Counted from the stretch's first letter, positions 1 through 13,785 are shown. The stretch: DNA of 64,000 nucleotides from Dimorphilus gyrociliatus (GCA_904063045.1 CAJFCJ010000024.1:739777-803776); one strand, 5' to 3'. Translations and numbers: made by a program. The notes: generated by a model not told the origin, from the sequence alone.

Positions 1-645
1 TGCTTAAGCAAGTTCCTTATCAGTATTAAGAATAACAACTATAACAATCTAAAAATAGCTATCCTTGAACTTATCTTGTTAAATATTAAAAAAAATTGGA
101 TGCATTACCAGATGCTAAGAAAAATTTTTTCTCTTTATTTAAAAATAATCACATAATTGTCTTGTTTTTTTTTTCTCTTTCTCTCTCTTCCTTCCTGCTT
201 CACTTTTATTGAGGAGCAGATTATACGTAAAATGATAAAATTGACAATACTTGATACTTACTCAACAGATAGAACCGCTAGAGAGATAAGAATGAAAAAC
301 TTTAGCATAATTAATATATCTCTTGTATTATCTATCTCACAAAAGTACTCTAAGAGGAGAGACTAAAGTACCGTTCTTATATAGAAAAAATTTTATCATA
401 ACAAAAGCCACGGTTCACAGAAATCAGCATCTGGAACCTTGAAAAAAAAAGACTCGTTGTACTTAATTAAGGATATTAACGAAGATAACTCACAAAATAT
501 AGATATGTACTATATGCAAATGAATAGAATTATTCAAATATATACAGTAAACTCGCTATCTATATCAACTTATTAATGCGAAATAGCACACGTTTTTACC
601 AGAGAACAAAAACAAAAACATGACCTTAGTCATAAGGAAAATCTT

Positions 646-2697
646 TCAATTTCTTTTAAAATTCCGACGTCTTAACATCATTTCTCTATATTTCCTCTTC
701 CGATGATGTTTCTTTTCTCTTTTCTTCTTTCTCCGCCTCCTTTCTTTTCTCTTTTCAGATTTTCTTCTGGATTTTCTCCTCTTCTTATAATGATTCTTAT
801 AGCGGGGCTCTCTTGATAAATCTACATAAATCTTTCGCTTCTCTACATTACCGCTACTACTGGTAAGGCTATTTGATAAGTTATAAAAGAGTTATTTTTA
901 TTGAAAGAAAATATACGATGGGCATATTGATGCAAACTTACTGAAAGTGATAAATTCCCCCATCTGAGTTTGTGGCATTATAGATTACCAATCGAAATTC
1001 CAGCCAATAATTATAGTATTTTCTATTAGCATAGTGAGATCTTATTGTTTTTTTATGTCTTTTTGTATCAGTAATCTCCTTAGAATTATGATACCATTTT
1101 ATGGATTTAATTGATCCAATAGTTTCACAATACAAATCTATAAGCATATATATAATATATACATATATATATATATATATATATTTATTTATTTATTTAT
1201 AATTAATAATTGGTATTAATTATTATAATAAATATCGATAATTTCATTAATTATCTCACCGAAAAAGGGTAAATATTCCTTTCTACGAACTAACTTAATA
1301 GCATTTTTACATCGCCAGATTAGTGCTCCTTTGTTGAAGTACTTCAAATATCGATGAATTACCTTTTAAAACAACAAATTCAATAAGGAACCCTACTGAC
1401 ATGAAAAAGCAATTAAGTTAACCGGAAGTATCTTTGAATTTTATCCTTTTACCTCTTTTTCTCTCTCTCTCACTCTCTCTCTCACCTTTTCTCACTATTT
1501 CGTACAGATTTCTTAACACTTAATTATAATAATTTATTACTAAAGATTCAAACTTTTTTCACTCTTTCTAAATGTTATTCAATTCAATAAAAGAATAAGT
1601 TGAATAAACTTTTAAAAAGTTTATAAAAGACTTCATAGAATTATTGAGACAGATAGAAATAATTGTAATAGGGTATATTCTTTATATAAGAGTGGAGAAA
1701 ATGCTGGTAGTTTTATAAGTTTCGTTTATAAACCATATATTATAATATATAAATTTATAATTGAATGAAAAATCTATGAATGAAAAAGATTTCTCTCTCT
1801 CTCTCTCTCTTCTTTTTCTTCTTCTTTCTTTAATTTAAAAAGTGAAAAACGAAACTGCTTTCTATAGAAAATCTGATAAAATTAAATTTCTGACAAATTA
1901 TGACAGAATATTGTCAATACAAGTTTTAATTATCTAATTTTTGTTAGGTCAATAACAGAAAAACTACACGTAGAAAGAGTAGAGAGAGAAAGGAGAAGAA
2001 GTCAAGAAAAGAAACCTGATAGAGAGAAAGTAGAATAGAGGGATAAAATGGGAAAGAAAATTGAAAGATAGTTAGAAATGATAAAAGAAAAGAACGAGAA
2101 TTAACAATACTATATAAAGCATTAGATAGAAAGAAAAGTTAATAGTAATTAATAGAACTAAGAATTAAAAAAATAGAGTAAGAAATAGGTTACTGTTTTC
2201 TTTTTTAGCATTTTTAGCTAGAAATGAAATATTTCCTTTTATCAGATAAAACGAAGTGAAAATTGAATTCTCCAAATTCTGCTATCTCCGTTATTTTTAG
2301 TAATATAATAGAAATTACAAATTACATATTATTCTATTTTTTCTAATTATCTCTTTCCTCCCTTTCGCTCTCTCTATCTCGCTCGCTCTCCCATAATACA
2401 AGGCATAATAACTTTCTCTTTTACTAATATGCTCTCTTTTAATATTAGAAATCTTACATTTATTAATGAAAAAGGAAGCTTTTTTAGCTCAATTTTTTGT
2501 CTTTGATTTACCTGATCATTTTGAAAGTAGGAAGCTGTAGTTGGTCTTTTCACAACCTCATTTTCTTTCGGTCTACTACTCTTCCTTCTCCAATTCCTCT
2601 TTGGTGAAATAGACAAGCTGTAGCTATCTGGCCCAACATAAACGACTTTAACTAATCCGATAATCCAAAGGAATATTACAATCTTCAACTTCTTCAT
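646..2697 (-). CDS. Secreted, highly basic single Ig-like (I-set type) domain protein, about 235 aa, 4 coding exons (2697-2512, 1362-1260, 1137-942, 868-646)
   Basis: Signal-peptide-like N-terminus MKKLKIVIFLWIIGLVKVVYV. All three introns are GT-AG with matching phases (0,1,2). Ig motifs LYC..IKWY and DGGIYHF are present. Lys/Arg-rich tail. A probable non-coding first-exon donor (AG|GTAAGT) lies near 3817. Confidence 0.7.
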
Positions 2698-4833
2698 TTT
2701 TCAGTTCTAACCTAGTAAAAAATGCGGGCCAACTGACAAAAGCTCGAGTCAGAGCAATTGACTACGTCTAGATTTGAATAGGCACATTTTTTCGTATTCA
2801 AAATTTTTCCTTCTACTACTTTATACAAAATTCTTTTAGTGAAGGTCTCTTTAGACTGTGGAATATAGGATTAATGATTGAGCGATTAGCCGCTTCGACG
2901 CGTTCACTTGACGAAATAAGACAAGATTTTCTCTTCCCTCCCCTTCGAAAGAAACTCTATATTTTACGATCCCTTAAATCTAATATAATTGTCGTAAACT
3001 GGTAAATCATTCAAATTTTTTTAGCCCTTAGGCTACCCTGTCAAGTTTCTTATAGTATTTTTTGTTATTATTTTTCTCTCTTTCAAAGCCAATATCGACC
3101 TGTTCTTAGGTATAAACAAAAATATCCCCCCAAGCGTTATTTTTAGACTATATTTTACCATTTGACTTTTCTATATACATATAATATTAATATGTAGTGT
3201 ATCCACTATATTTAAATATATTAACCCCTATATTCCTTCCTTTCTTTTAAATATTCTAATAAGAATAGCAACAAAGTAAAAGTTGACTAACCTTAATTAA
3301 TTTCTTTTTCTTTTTTTTTTTAAAAAAAAAATATAACAAAAAACATAAATAATGTTTTACCTTTCCTTTATTACTGTTTCGCACAAAAAAAAATAAACGA
3401 TAAAAGTAAAATGGAAAGAAAAAAAAAACAACAGAAAAACAAATGAAAGTGGAAAAATAACATTAAAAATTTCAATGTCCTGAATAAAGAAATACAGTAC
3501 TTTGTGTAAATATATCCGTTTTGTAGGTTAAAATTTTAAAGATTGATTAATTCTAAACTTATTTTGCAAGTAAAATTCATTAATCTAATCTTATTTTAAT
3601 ATTCAACTGTGGAATCTTTGAATTACTTTTTACTATCAAATTTCAAATGACTATATACTCAATAAACAATATTTCTAAATATGTATATATACCCTAGCTA
3701 AACGGATACGTTTATATTTAATATATTTGCATATGACTTTCACTAAAATTTGCATATTTTTTCCAAAATTATATATAAATAGATAATAAAATAAATAAAA
3801 AAAAAGGTTAACTTACCTTGTTCTGTTTAAGTGAAAAACTAGGAACGAAATGACTAAGGAACTAAATTGAAAATGCAACTAATAAAAGTCAAAATAGTGT
3901 TTGTCTTTGAGCAGCAATAAAATCAATTGACTACGAAATATTATTTGTCCAATTGATTTAGTCTTTTTATTCTCTTTGATTAGTTCGTCGACGTAATAAC
4001 TTTAAAGGAGGAAACAACAAAGGGAAAAAGGAAGAGAAAACAATAAAATGGTATAATTCTTTCTTTTTCATAGAATTTTCCATTACCTAGAAAATTAATT
4101 AATAAAAATTGTTTTAATTATCTTAATTATCTATAAATTGATTTGCTTATGATGTTAATATTATTATTAAAGATAAATAGTTTTCTCACAACTCCAGTAA
4201 TTCAGAAAATTGTTATTTCAAATAGTACAGATGGGATTAATACTTTCTACATATACAGTATATAGTATACAGTATATTATATCATTTTTCTCGCTAATAA
4301 ATCTATATTTTATATAAAGGTTTAAATATTAAATAACATAGATGTTTTATTAACAGAAGCCGTTTTTTTTGTCTTTTTAATTGAATCTTTTATTGAATAA
4401 TTATTAAATATATTTTAAAAAAATATGTACAATAGTCTTTTATTTGTTGAATAAAAATAAAAAAAGAGGAGGGGAGGGGGCGGGAGATTAGGGTTGAAGG
4501 AAAATTTGATAAACATAATTGATATTTATTTTCCTAAGATTGAAGTTTTTCTATAAAGGAATTATCTATAGTGTGAATATACATGCAATATAAACACTCT
4601 ATATATAAATCCACACAATATATAAAATCAACTTCTCTTCGGACGTACATAATTAACTTACATGCAAAGGATACTGTATATGTTGCATATGTATACAGTA
4701 CAGTTGATATGTGAGAAAATAAAAGCATCTCGTTAAACTTTAATAAATATTTAATCTACTCCATTGGCATTTCTTAAAAAAAATCGGTCACAAAAACTAT
4801 GCACAACTATACAATTTTCAAAAACATTAAATA

Positions 4834-7800
4834 TCATGAACAACTCAAAAAAGGTGATGATGTAGGATCCCAGCTTTGAAACATTTCTTTAACACCACTT
4901 GAGGGATCCTCCGAATCTGCATTTAATGCGGATAGAGTTGGTGGAGGCTTATCAGCATCATCGTCTTGTATCGTAGTTTCTTCTAATGTTTCTTCAATTT
5001 TAGCGTCTGATTTTCTTGATTTCTTTTTAAATCGGGGATCTGATCTATATGATCTTAAATCGTCAACCTTTTTGCTCTCTTGCTCGTCAGAGCTCGCACT
5101 AAGGGTTCTTTTATGAATTGCGTTGGGAGGGTCATCAACGGAATCCTGAGAAGGCGGTCTCAAAAGTGCAGCAGGAATATTTACACCAGACGGGGCTGAT
5201 AGACTTTTTGATTTAGGAATTTCGTTTAAATCAGGCAGCTCGGGGAGTGTCGTGCTTTGATTGAATTTCGATTTGTCTTGTCGATTTTTTAAAGCTTTGA
5301 TAATTCTAGGATCATCTTTATAATGGCTCTCTGCGTTGATTTCGAATTTATCGGGCAAGGTTCCCGCTCTCTGATGCTCTTCGACCAATACTTCTATGAG
5401 GACATAATCCTTTATATCACCTTCTTCAGAGAATACTTGAAAATCTTCTACCGGTTTATATAATACTGGCTCAGGAACTGATACAGGGGGAGTTGAGGCA
5501 ACGGTAGATGATTGATTTATTCTAGGATCAGCAGATACTTGACATGCTTGAGCTGAATCAGATCTCTTTCTTGGATCAGCAGGAGCGTGATTCTCCATAT
5601 TACTTTCGTTTCTAGCCGAAGAAAGAGCTTCGTCTAAAATATTTCTTGCAGTACCAAGCGGAGCAGGAGAATTAGATAGCGGTACAACCCCACCACCAGG
5701 CCCCAATAGAGAATCAACAGGACCATAGTCGGGTCTTGGACCCTGACCCGGCCCTTGTCCTGAATTTTGTCTGTAGTACATATTCTGATTCATGTTATTT
5801 TGTTGAATAATACCTCCACCAGGCATACCAGGAGCGGTTCCGAGCAAGCCCGGTCTGCTAGGAAAGGACTCGAATCGAGGACGCCCATATCCCATAGGAC
5901 CATTTCGATTCATAAATGGAGGCTGATCAGGTTCTATTGGAAATTGCTGTTGATTTTGGTTTAGGTTTTGAGGTTGTATATGCTGGATATCTTCTGATCC
6001 AAAATCGGCATCTCCTGGAGGTGTTGCTGGACATTTTTCGAAATTTTGCAAATTTAAGGAAGCTGTTGGCCTAACATCGAGATCGAAGATAGAAGGTATT
6101 GCGCTCTGTTTTTTCTCACCTTCACCAAGATTATCTAAAATTAAAAATTACATATAGTCTATTATAAATTAAATATAGCATTTAAATTATATTTACTCTC
6201 TGCATTCTGGTTCATGTATGGCGGTGGGATAGATCCCTGACTAAATCTTTGACCAGGAGGATTCATATTATTATATTGCGGGTTAAATTGATTAGATTGA
6301 GGACCGTTAAATTGAGGAAATTGATTTTCAGGCATAGGATGATTAATTACATTTTGATCCATAGGATTGAAATTCAATCGCTCTTGATTTCTAAAAGGAT
6401 CGGGAGGTGATCCTAAAAGCGCTTTTTTCCTTGGAGGATCTTGACGAGGTGGTATTTCATCATCTTTTGTTTTTTGCACCTCGTCTAAATTAGCCATGCT
6501 AACACCGTTTCGTCTTTCGGATTTCATCTAGAATGATATGCAAAAATTATTTATTAAAGAAATTAAAATGAAAATGAAAATTACCCTCTCCACTATAATT
6601 TTTGTCTCTTCCGTCAGGGCTGAATGACTAAATTTACAGGATTCTCCAGAATAGCACGTCATTCCCATATGATGATATTTGCAGGGGTAGTCACCATGCA
6701 TAAAAATGCAGTCGCTTCCCTTTGTACAAATTTTATTGAGGAAAAATTTACACAATTCCAACTTTCTTCGCAGTGGCCTTGCTCTTTCGTGTCTGTACTT
6801 ACAGCTATCACCCTGTTTGTACGCAAACATAGCATTCAAAAGACAGGAAGAGGAAAATAGTCGTTAACTTTTGCTAGTTAAACTATTCAATAATTCAATT
6901 TAAAAGAGCCGGTACTATAAATTGTTTCATCCGTCCTATCCACTTGTATGCTTTTATCAGGATTAAATAGAATTATTCTAATCGACTTGATCATAAGATA
7001 AATGAGAGATCTTTAGATAAATGGGACAATCAGATATCACAAGTCTGCGGGGAATGTCTCCGTTCGAAGTATTCCTTACACAAGTATGCTCTGTATCTAT
7101 GTAGTATAACTTTTTTTTAATTTTTAACTTTAACAATGGGAAAATTTGTCTTAAAGCTAAGATATTTCGTCTCTTGGCCAATTTCACGACCATTGAACTT
7201 TGGAATCTAGAAAAAAAAGTTTCCAAGTTCTTATCATTTTACTATTTTAAAATAATCGCTTACTATCTCGGATTTACAATTTTCCTAATACAATTCAAAT
7301 ATTTCTCACTTTTTAGAATTTTGCTTAAATTTGATAAACTCTACGCAAATTTATGAAAGAATTTTTAATACAAACCCTGTGACATCGTCCCTCGTGAAAG
7401 TATTTACAAACTCTTTGACTATCCCTAACACTTCTTTCCCTACCAAGACGACTTTTCTCTCGCCCTGATCGACGACGACCTCTACCTGGAGCCCGATTAT
7501 CACCTTCGTCTTCTACGAGCTCTTCAGTGTCCTTTCTTGATAATTTTTTTCGTTCTCTTTCTTCGTCGTCTCTATCTTCGTTATCTTCTCGAAAATTCGT
7601 TGGAGAGTCAGAGAATTTCCTTCGTCGTCTGTCATTAGGAGAGCCAACAGGCCCATAAAAGCTATCCCATTCATCATCTGTGTAATCTTCTTCATTATTT
7701 TTTTGTCTTTTAACTTTCTGTAAAAAAAAACAAAACAAACTTCAAATAAGCCATAAAATAGAATGAGTCATTCATACATATCATTAATAAATATAATCAA

Positions 7801-8120
7801 TAGTAATAGCGATCTATGACAATGTATGTATATATAACTTTACTATTCAAGTACTTATAAATATATTTGAAAGCCAATACATAAGGAAATCAGAAGCTTA
7901 CTCTTTCCTCTTCTTCTTTGTCTCTTTTTCGTTTATGTTTCTTTTTTTTCTTTTTCTTTACTCGTCCTTGACCTTCTGAGCTATCTGTTCCTTCGTCTGG
8001 TTTGTCTGTTTTCTTTTCTTCTTCACAAACTTGTTCCGGTTCGAGTTCCTGTTCTTCTATTTGTTCATCTTCTACTTCCCCATCTTCCAGCTCACCATCC
8101 TCTAACTCCTCTTGAGACAT
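4834..8120 (-). CDS. ZC3H4: Zinc finger CCCH protein ZC3H4/ZC3H6 orthologue (Restrictor subunit, Su(s)-like); exons 8120-7902, 7717-7376, 6812-6585, 6527-6197, 6134-4834
   Basis: N-terminal ELEDGELEDGE motif; three tandem CCCH fingers (CKYFHEGRCHRGDSCKYRH, CKFFLNKICTKGSDCIFMH, CKYHHMGMTCYSGESCKFSH); IPSIFDLDVRPT motif; four DPR motifs; C-terminal MFQSWDPTSSPF. Splice phases are consistent. Confidence 0.9.
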
Positions 8121-8781
8121 AACTGCAAAGCATTATAGAGATTACTTACAATGTTTCTCAAAAAAGAAGGCAATATTTGAGAGTATGCAAATTTTAAAAC
8201 AAAGAGGTCATAGGTCACGAGACTCAATTTAGGACAAAATAATGACTAGGTTTCGTATGTAAGGATTATCATTCAAAAAAGCGTGAGATAAAATGTCCTA
8301 GTAAATTTGCTGTGATTAGCAATATTCCAAACCAAAGGTCAATCATAATCGTTGCATGAGGTCTATATATACATATTTATGAATAAGTGTACTTTCTAAG
8401 GCTTTCCCAGCTAAACGCCCGCGATATAATTCGATTGTTCATTTCAAAACATCCACCTACGTAACAAGTTTGAAGAAATTACATTAGCTATTTAATATTA
8501 TAAATTAAACATAAGTTTTATGCAAATTATAAATTCGTTATATAAGTATTCTCTATTTGACCTACTTAAAAGCTGTGATTCATTTTTCTCGATAACTTCA
8601 TAAACTATTACGTATTAGTATACAGTAAAATCAGTTTTAGCTTTAACAGTAAATGTTATTTTTGTGGTTAAAGAAAATCTTTTTCTTTAAAATATTTCCT
8701 TTTATCACGTAATGAATAAACATAACAGTTTTATACCAAAAATAAGGAAGTTATTAAAACGTGTTTTTTAGGGCAAGAGAA

Positions 8782-8997
8782 TTTCCCGCCATCCATCCAA
8801 AGTTAATCACGTGACCTCGAACTATTTTCTTAGTAACTAACTATTATTGCTGTTTCTTTTTCTGGAAAAGCTGAAGAATGGTTGTTATCAAAAATGTTCG
8901 TTATGATTGCAGCATTGTGTAAATCACTCTAAATTGGCCATTGTTCATATTAACCATTTAAGACAAAGTACATAGAACGCAGTCATTGTCACGTGAC
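8782..8997. promoter_or_regulatory. Probable promoter cluster upstream of ZC3H4: E2F-like TTTCCCGCC (8782-8790), E-box TCACGTGAC (8807-8815), palindromic E-box/CLEAR-like GTCACGTGAC (8988-8997)
   Basis: Motif matches in GC-poor intergenic DNA about 0.7-0.9 kb upstream of the ZC3H4 ATG. Confidence 0.5.
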
Positions 8998-9304
8998 ACA
9001 TCACAAAAAAAAACAAAGGAAGTTTTGTTAAAACTTTGGGGTTGTTTTAGAGGTAAGTTTGTAACTGCAAATACTACATTGGCTAATTAATTAAGAAACA
9101 ATGCGTCAACATTGAAAGGTGCTTACATAATATAAAAACGTAACATAAGATAGAATCCTACTACACATATTTCAGATCTAGTGATTTGAAGTACGTTAAT
9201 TTTCTGTTGGAGAACTTTCAAGTTTTTACATAAAAAAACAGTTGAAATTAGTTACATGCGCCATATTTGAGACCTCATTTGCATAATTTATGCACTAAAT
9301 GTAG

Positions 9305-9710
9305 TCCGCGATTTTCGGGCGATTTTTCATGTGTTTACCTTTGTTTGCACAATACAATCTTTATCCGGTCGTTAGCACGCTAAGTAGACGTGAAATTAGA
9401 CGCCGTCGACGCACAAGACGCCGATTATATAGTAGTACGACCGAATATAGGTCGGTCGTGAATTTTCGACGATTTTGGGCGGTTATTTAACCAATAGACT
9501 AAATACACGACGATTAGATGCTTAAGGATATTACTGTCTTTAATTTGGTCCAAGAATCCTTTTTGTTTTTGTCTGAATTCTGTCAAAATTTCAGGAAAAT
9601 CAAACCCATTTTTACTGTTACTCTCCACGGCTGGCGTATGAATAGTTGGCGTCGAGCCAGTCCTACTTTCTTATAGGCCTAAACCGCATTCTTCGGTACT
9701 TTTGCCATGG
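9305..9710. other. CpG-dense island with short ORFs on both strands and an 8-bp hairpin; candidate 5' UTR exon and/or antisense transcript
   Basis: Locally high CpG. Hairpin ACGACCGA-atatagg-TCGGTCGT at 9437-9459. Minus-strand donor AG|GTAAAC at 9338. Plus-strand donor AG|GTAAGT at 9053 and candidate acceptor at 9304. Confidence 0.35.
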
Positions 9711-10019
9711 TTTCTTTTTTACATAATATAAGGATTTTTTCATATTTCTTTACTAAATTATTTAACTAAAATTAGAATTAATAAAATTCGATATATATTT
9801 TTCGATTATAAATAAGAATATAAAACTTGAAAGGTTCGAGCGAAAATACGTGTAATTGATTATGTTACCTTTTATATCGTAATCATAGTTAAAGATATTC
9901 AAAAATTTTTTGTCTTACTAATAGAATCATTAATCAAAATTTTATTCAAAATTAACTTGTTAAATAAAATGCAATTGCATTTCGTTCAGTTTTTCTTAAA
10001 GAGGTTTCGAAAATAACTG

Positions 10020-13000
10020 GACTTCAGCAACACTTATGGATACCATTCGTTAGTTGGCGGGAAATTTCGAATTGATAAAAGGAAGAAGAATTAATTAGAG
10101 AGAATGAATCATACATTCTATTGAATCATTTTGTGCAATAGATAGAGTTTAATCAATATTTTCTACATTCGAAGAAAATATCGTAATACTAAAGTTATGT
10201 GAGATATTTGAAAATTGAGCTTTATTATTTATCCAATCACAAACTACTTGGTGATAAACCAATTGAAATGTCTGTTACATATCGTAAGGGATAGTGTTCT
10301 AATACAAGTTGATTACGTTATACTAGCCAATTTTTATCGTATTACACCGTATAATTTAACGTCTCATGTTTATTATTGTCACTTATTAAATAGCATTTCA
10401 CACAAACAAAATATAAAGAATAAGTTTATAAACGTTAGAATTGAATTAACGTTGCCTCAACATGGTTAGTGAAGGGTCGGCGTTATTATTTCTTCTTATT
10501 TCTTGAATGGAAATTTTCCGAAGAAAGCACTTCTCTGTTTCGTATTAAGACCTGTTGAAAAATGTACATATAGTATATATCATATAAAAAGAGAAAATCG
10601 TGTTAATTAATAAATTAACTGAAAAGATACGAAGGTTTACTGTAAAGTTAAACAATTAATGATAAATATTAGTAAACAAATGTAAAACCGATCAATTATA
10701 TAGGTTTTTTATCTTTTCATACGAAAAAAGTAGTACTGTGCTAGAGTGAATGTTTAATGGAAAACGAAACAAATTTACAATCCGCATACGTCTATAAACT
10801 ATTGTCATTCATAAACTTAACCTATAAGATTATGTTATTTAGAGATAAGTATGATAGATATAAATTAGATAGCTGTTTTTAAAAATTCCAGTCTATATTT
10901 GGATATTATTTTTGCTAAAGATCAAATAAAACCGGTAGTCATTTGAATTGTTGAACAAATTGTTAAGTTGAAGAGAGGAGAAGTAATATTTTTGCAACAA
11001 AATCAGAAAGATGAAAAGAACGACAATGTAAAACAATAGATAATAAAACTTAATACAACATAGATATACAGCAGGAAATGACAAACAGAAAGATAGAAAG
11101 ATATACAAATTATATAAATATATATTGCATATTTATATTATTTTGTATAAAATTAGTAATAATTTTCTTAGTAGTTCTACGTGACAAGATGCTTTCTATT
11201 CCTATCTTTCTCCCCCCTATTTTCTATCAATTACTTAGTTTACCTTCAAGATTATTCCTATTTCTAAAAGCGTCTATACTAAATTTGAATGTGAATTTGT
11301 TTTTGGAAAAGGTACTATTTTTAACCAGAAAAAAAATGTTACTTTCTTTGCATTTGATTACTAAAAGAGACAACTCCTTTTTTCAGATCTAATGAAAGAT
11401 TATCAAAAGCTTGCTTCATATCTTCCAAGGAATGATAATAATTGATAATTTTCTGTTTGAAAATATATCAATTTTTCCTTTTCAATTAACATCGTGGCAC
11501 TTTATCTTACTAATCACAATGTTCTCAATTACTGATCCTTCAATAAGGTTTTCACTTATCGACAGATGGCGGGTGAATAATAATAAAATATAATCTAAAG
11601 AGATAAAGAGAAAGTTACTAAAATCGAGGAAAAACAACTTCAAATAATTTCTATGTTAAAATTATCTGAGAATTGTATCAATTGAAGATTCCAGTCTATC
11701 AATAGCGAGTTAATGACGTTAGAGAAATCCAATTCCTTTTAGCAACAAACAAACAAACAAAAATGGTACCATTGAGATGACAAGAAAATTATCTCCTATC
11801 TAATAGAGACTATCTTCTTTATTGTTCTCAAATTAGTCTACTATTACTCATAGGAAGGAGATTATTAAATGACAAATAAACATTTCTTTTCTTTATTTTT
11901 GAGAGTTGATTATAAGAAGCTAGGGCTATGTAATTTTTATCTTTCCTGTTCTTTTGCTATTTCAACATTAGAAGTTAAAAACTTATAGATATAATTAAAA
12001 TGTATATAATTTTGCTGTTTGTTACATAAAGAAAGAGAAACAGAGTGTGTGTATGAGAGAGAGAGAGAAAGGGACGAGCACCTAATGTAAGTGTTAGAAT
12101 TTATCATTGGCATGTAATATACTATTTCATTGAGAAAATTGCAGAAATGAAATTATTTCAAAAATATGATAAGACTTTTTCTAAGCAAAATTCTTACTTT
12201 GCTAACAATTCATAAATTATCATCAAAATATAAGATTCAAGACTTTCATCCTAAGTAAAAGTTTTTTCTCTGTAAATTTTAACGTTAAAATTTCATTTTC
12301 CAACTAGTCGGAAATTATTAGATAAAACGTAAAGAGGATGCTTTATAAAGTAACATTTTTTACATTTTTTGCATATTTTTGCCTCTAATAAAAGTTTCAA
12401 TTTGTAACAGTTAAATATTGTAGAAAGTTTTTAACTAAGATTATATTAACCTACATATAAGTTTGAGAGTTATATATTAATATACTTTCTAATACGACAT
12501 CACGTCTAAGAGATTTAGTCTCCAAACGGAAAACACTCTTTTGAAATCAAATAGATTTTATGCAAAGAGAAGTTTTCGGTGACTGCCTTTCCCTTATATA
12601 GGACATAAACTCAATATACTACTGGTATATTTTTATCCATTTTTGGGTAAACTTTATAGCTTGGATATAAATATACTAAAGTTTCTATCTTAATAAATTG
12701 TAATTAGAAATATAATTGTGGGTTTGTATCTTTAAAATACAGATAAAATATTAATTAGAAGTAATAAGGTATAAAGAATGTATTAAAGACTTTTAAATTA
12801 TTACAAGTCATAGAATAATTAATTGTAAAGAGAAAGAGGATGTATTTTAATTTTAAATTACAGGCATTCGTTCTCTATCAACTGATTGTAGGAAATTTCA
12901 TTTAATCTCTTAACGTTGAAAAAATTGTATGCTTTTGAATCATACGAAAATGTCGGAATGGTAAATTGGTAAGAAAGTAACATCTTGTACTTGTATGTTT

Positions 13001-13400
13001 AAAATGAGTGGGGTCTTTCTGTTGTATAATTATATTCTTTCATGTTTCTTTTAGATCTGTAATTTAGCGACTATGTTGATATCTACTTTGTGTTTAAGCC
13101 TAAAAATACGTTTAAAATACGTCATCTGAACCTTCAAAGTGTTTATAAAGAGAGACAGAAGTTTTAGTCGATTAATCAGTAAATTAATATCTGCTTTGAG
13201 CAATCGGGAAATTTGGAGGAAATCTTTCAACACGGAGAATAAGGATGCGGATATTATTAAGTGTTTAAAATATATATATATATATATATATTAATATATG
13301 TATAAATAATTTAAATGAAGTCTGCGTCTTCTCATATCTATCCCGGATATAAATTCACAGTATCTATTAACCAAGCAGCCTCCACGCTGATGCGAAGCTA
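10020..13400. other. Unresolved exon-like segments (possible lineage-specific gene, lncRNA or decayed gene); strand not determined
   Basis: Alternating GC-richer blocks flanked by AG/GT sites and an E2F-like TTGGCGGGAAA at 10054-10064. No complete phase-consistent ORF or recognisable domain could be assembled. Confidence 0.2.
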
Positions 13401-13510
13401 TAATTCAAGTAATGCTCAGTAAATAATATGCTAATTGCTATTAAGTTACTCATATCTTGATTTTTTTTTAATAATGTATAAAGAACATGTATATATATAG
13501 ATATATACTG

Positions 13511-13545
<35 letters not shown>

Positions 13546-13785
13546 TTATACTGGTCTACTTACATTAAACTTAATCGTCTTTTAAAAGTTTTGTTTAAAC
13601 TGTCTCTATCTATGCTTTTAAAGCAATAATATAGAGAAGCCTGTTAGAAACAGCGCTTTTTTTTTCTAACAATTAGTCAATAGACAATTGTGGACAATAC
13701 AGAATAAAGAAGAAGTTAATGAATGTTTATATAAAAGCCATTAAAAATAGATATATTTTCCAACTTAAAAATACTCATCCTTTTT

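Noticed and set aside
2782-3004. 75-codon plus-strand open stretch inside intron 1 of the Ig gene
   Set aside because: No recognisable domain and no convincing flanking exons; a comparable open stretch exists on the other strand.
9300-9710. Possible known structured RNA (snRNA, SRP, RNase P/MRP, tRNA, telomerase RNA)
   Set aside because: No hallmark motif was recognised by eye. An Rfam scan is needed to exclude this formally.
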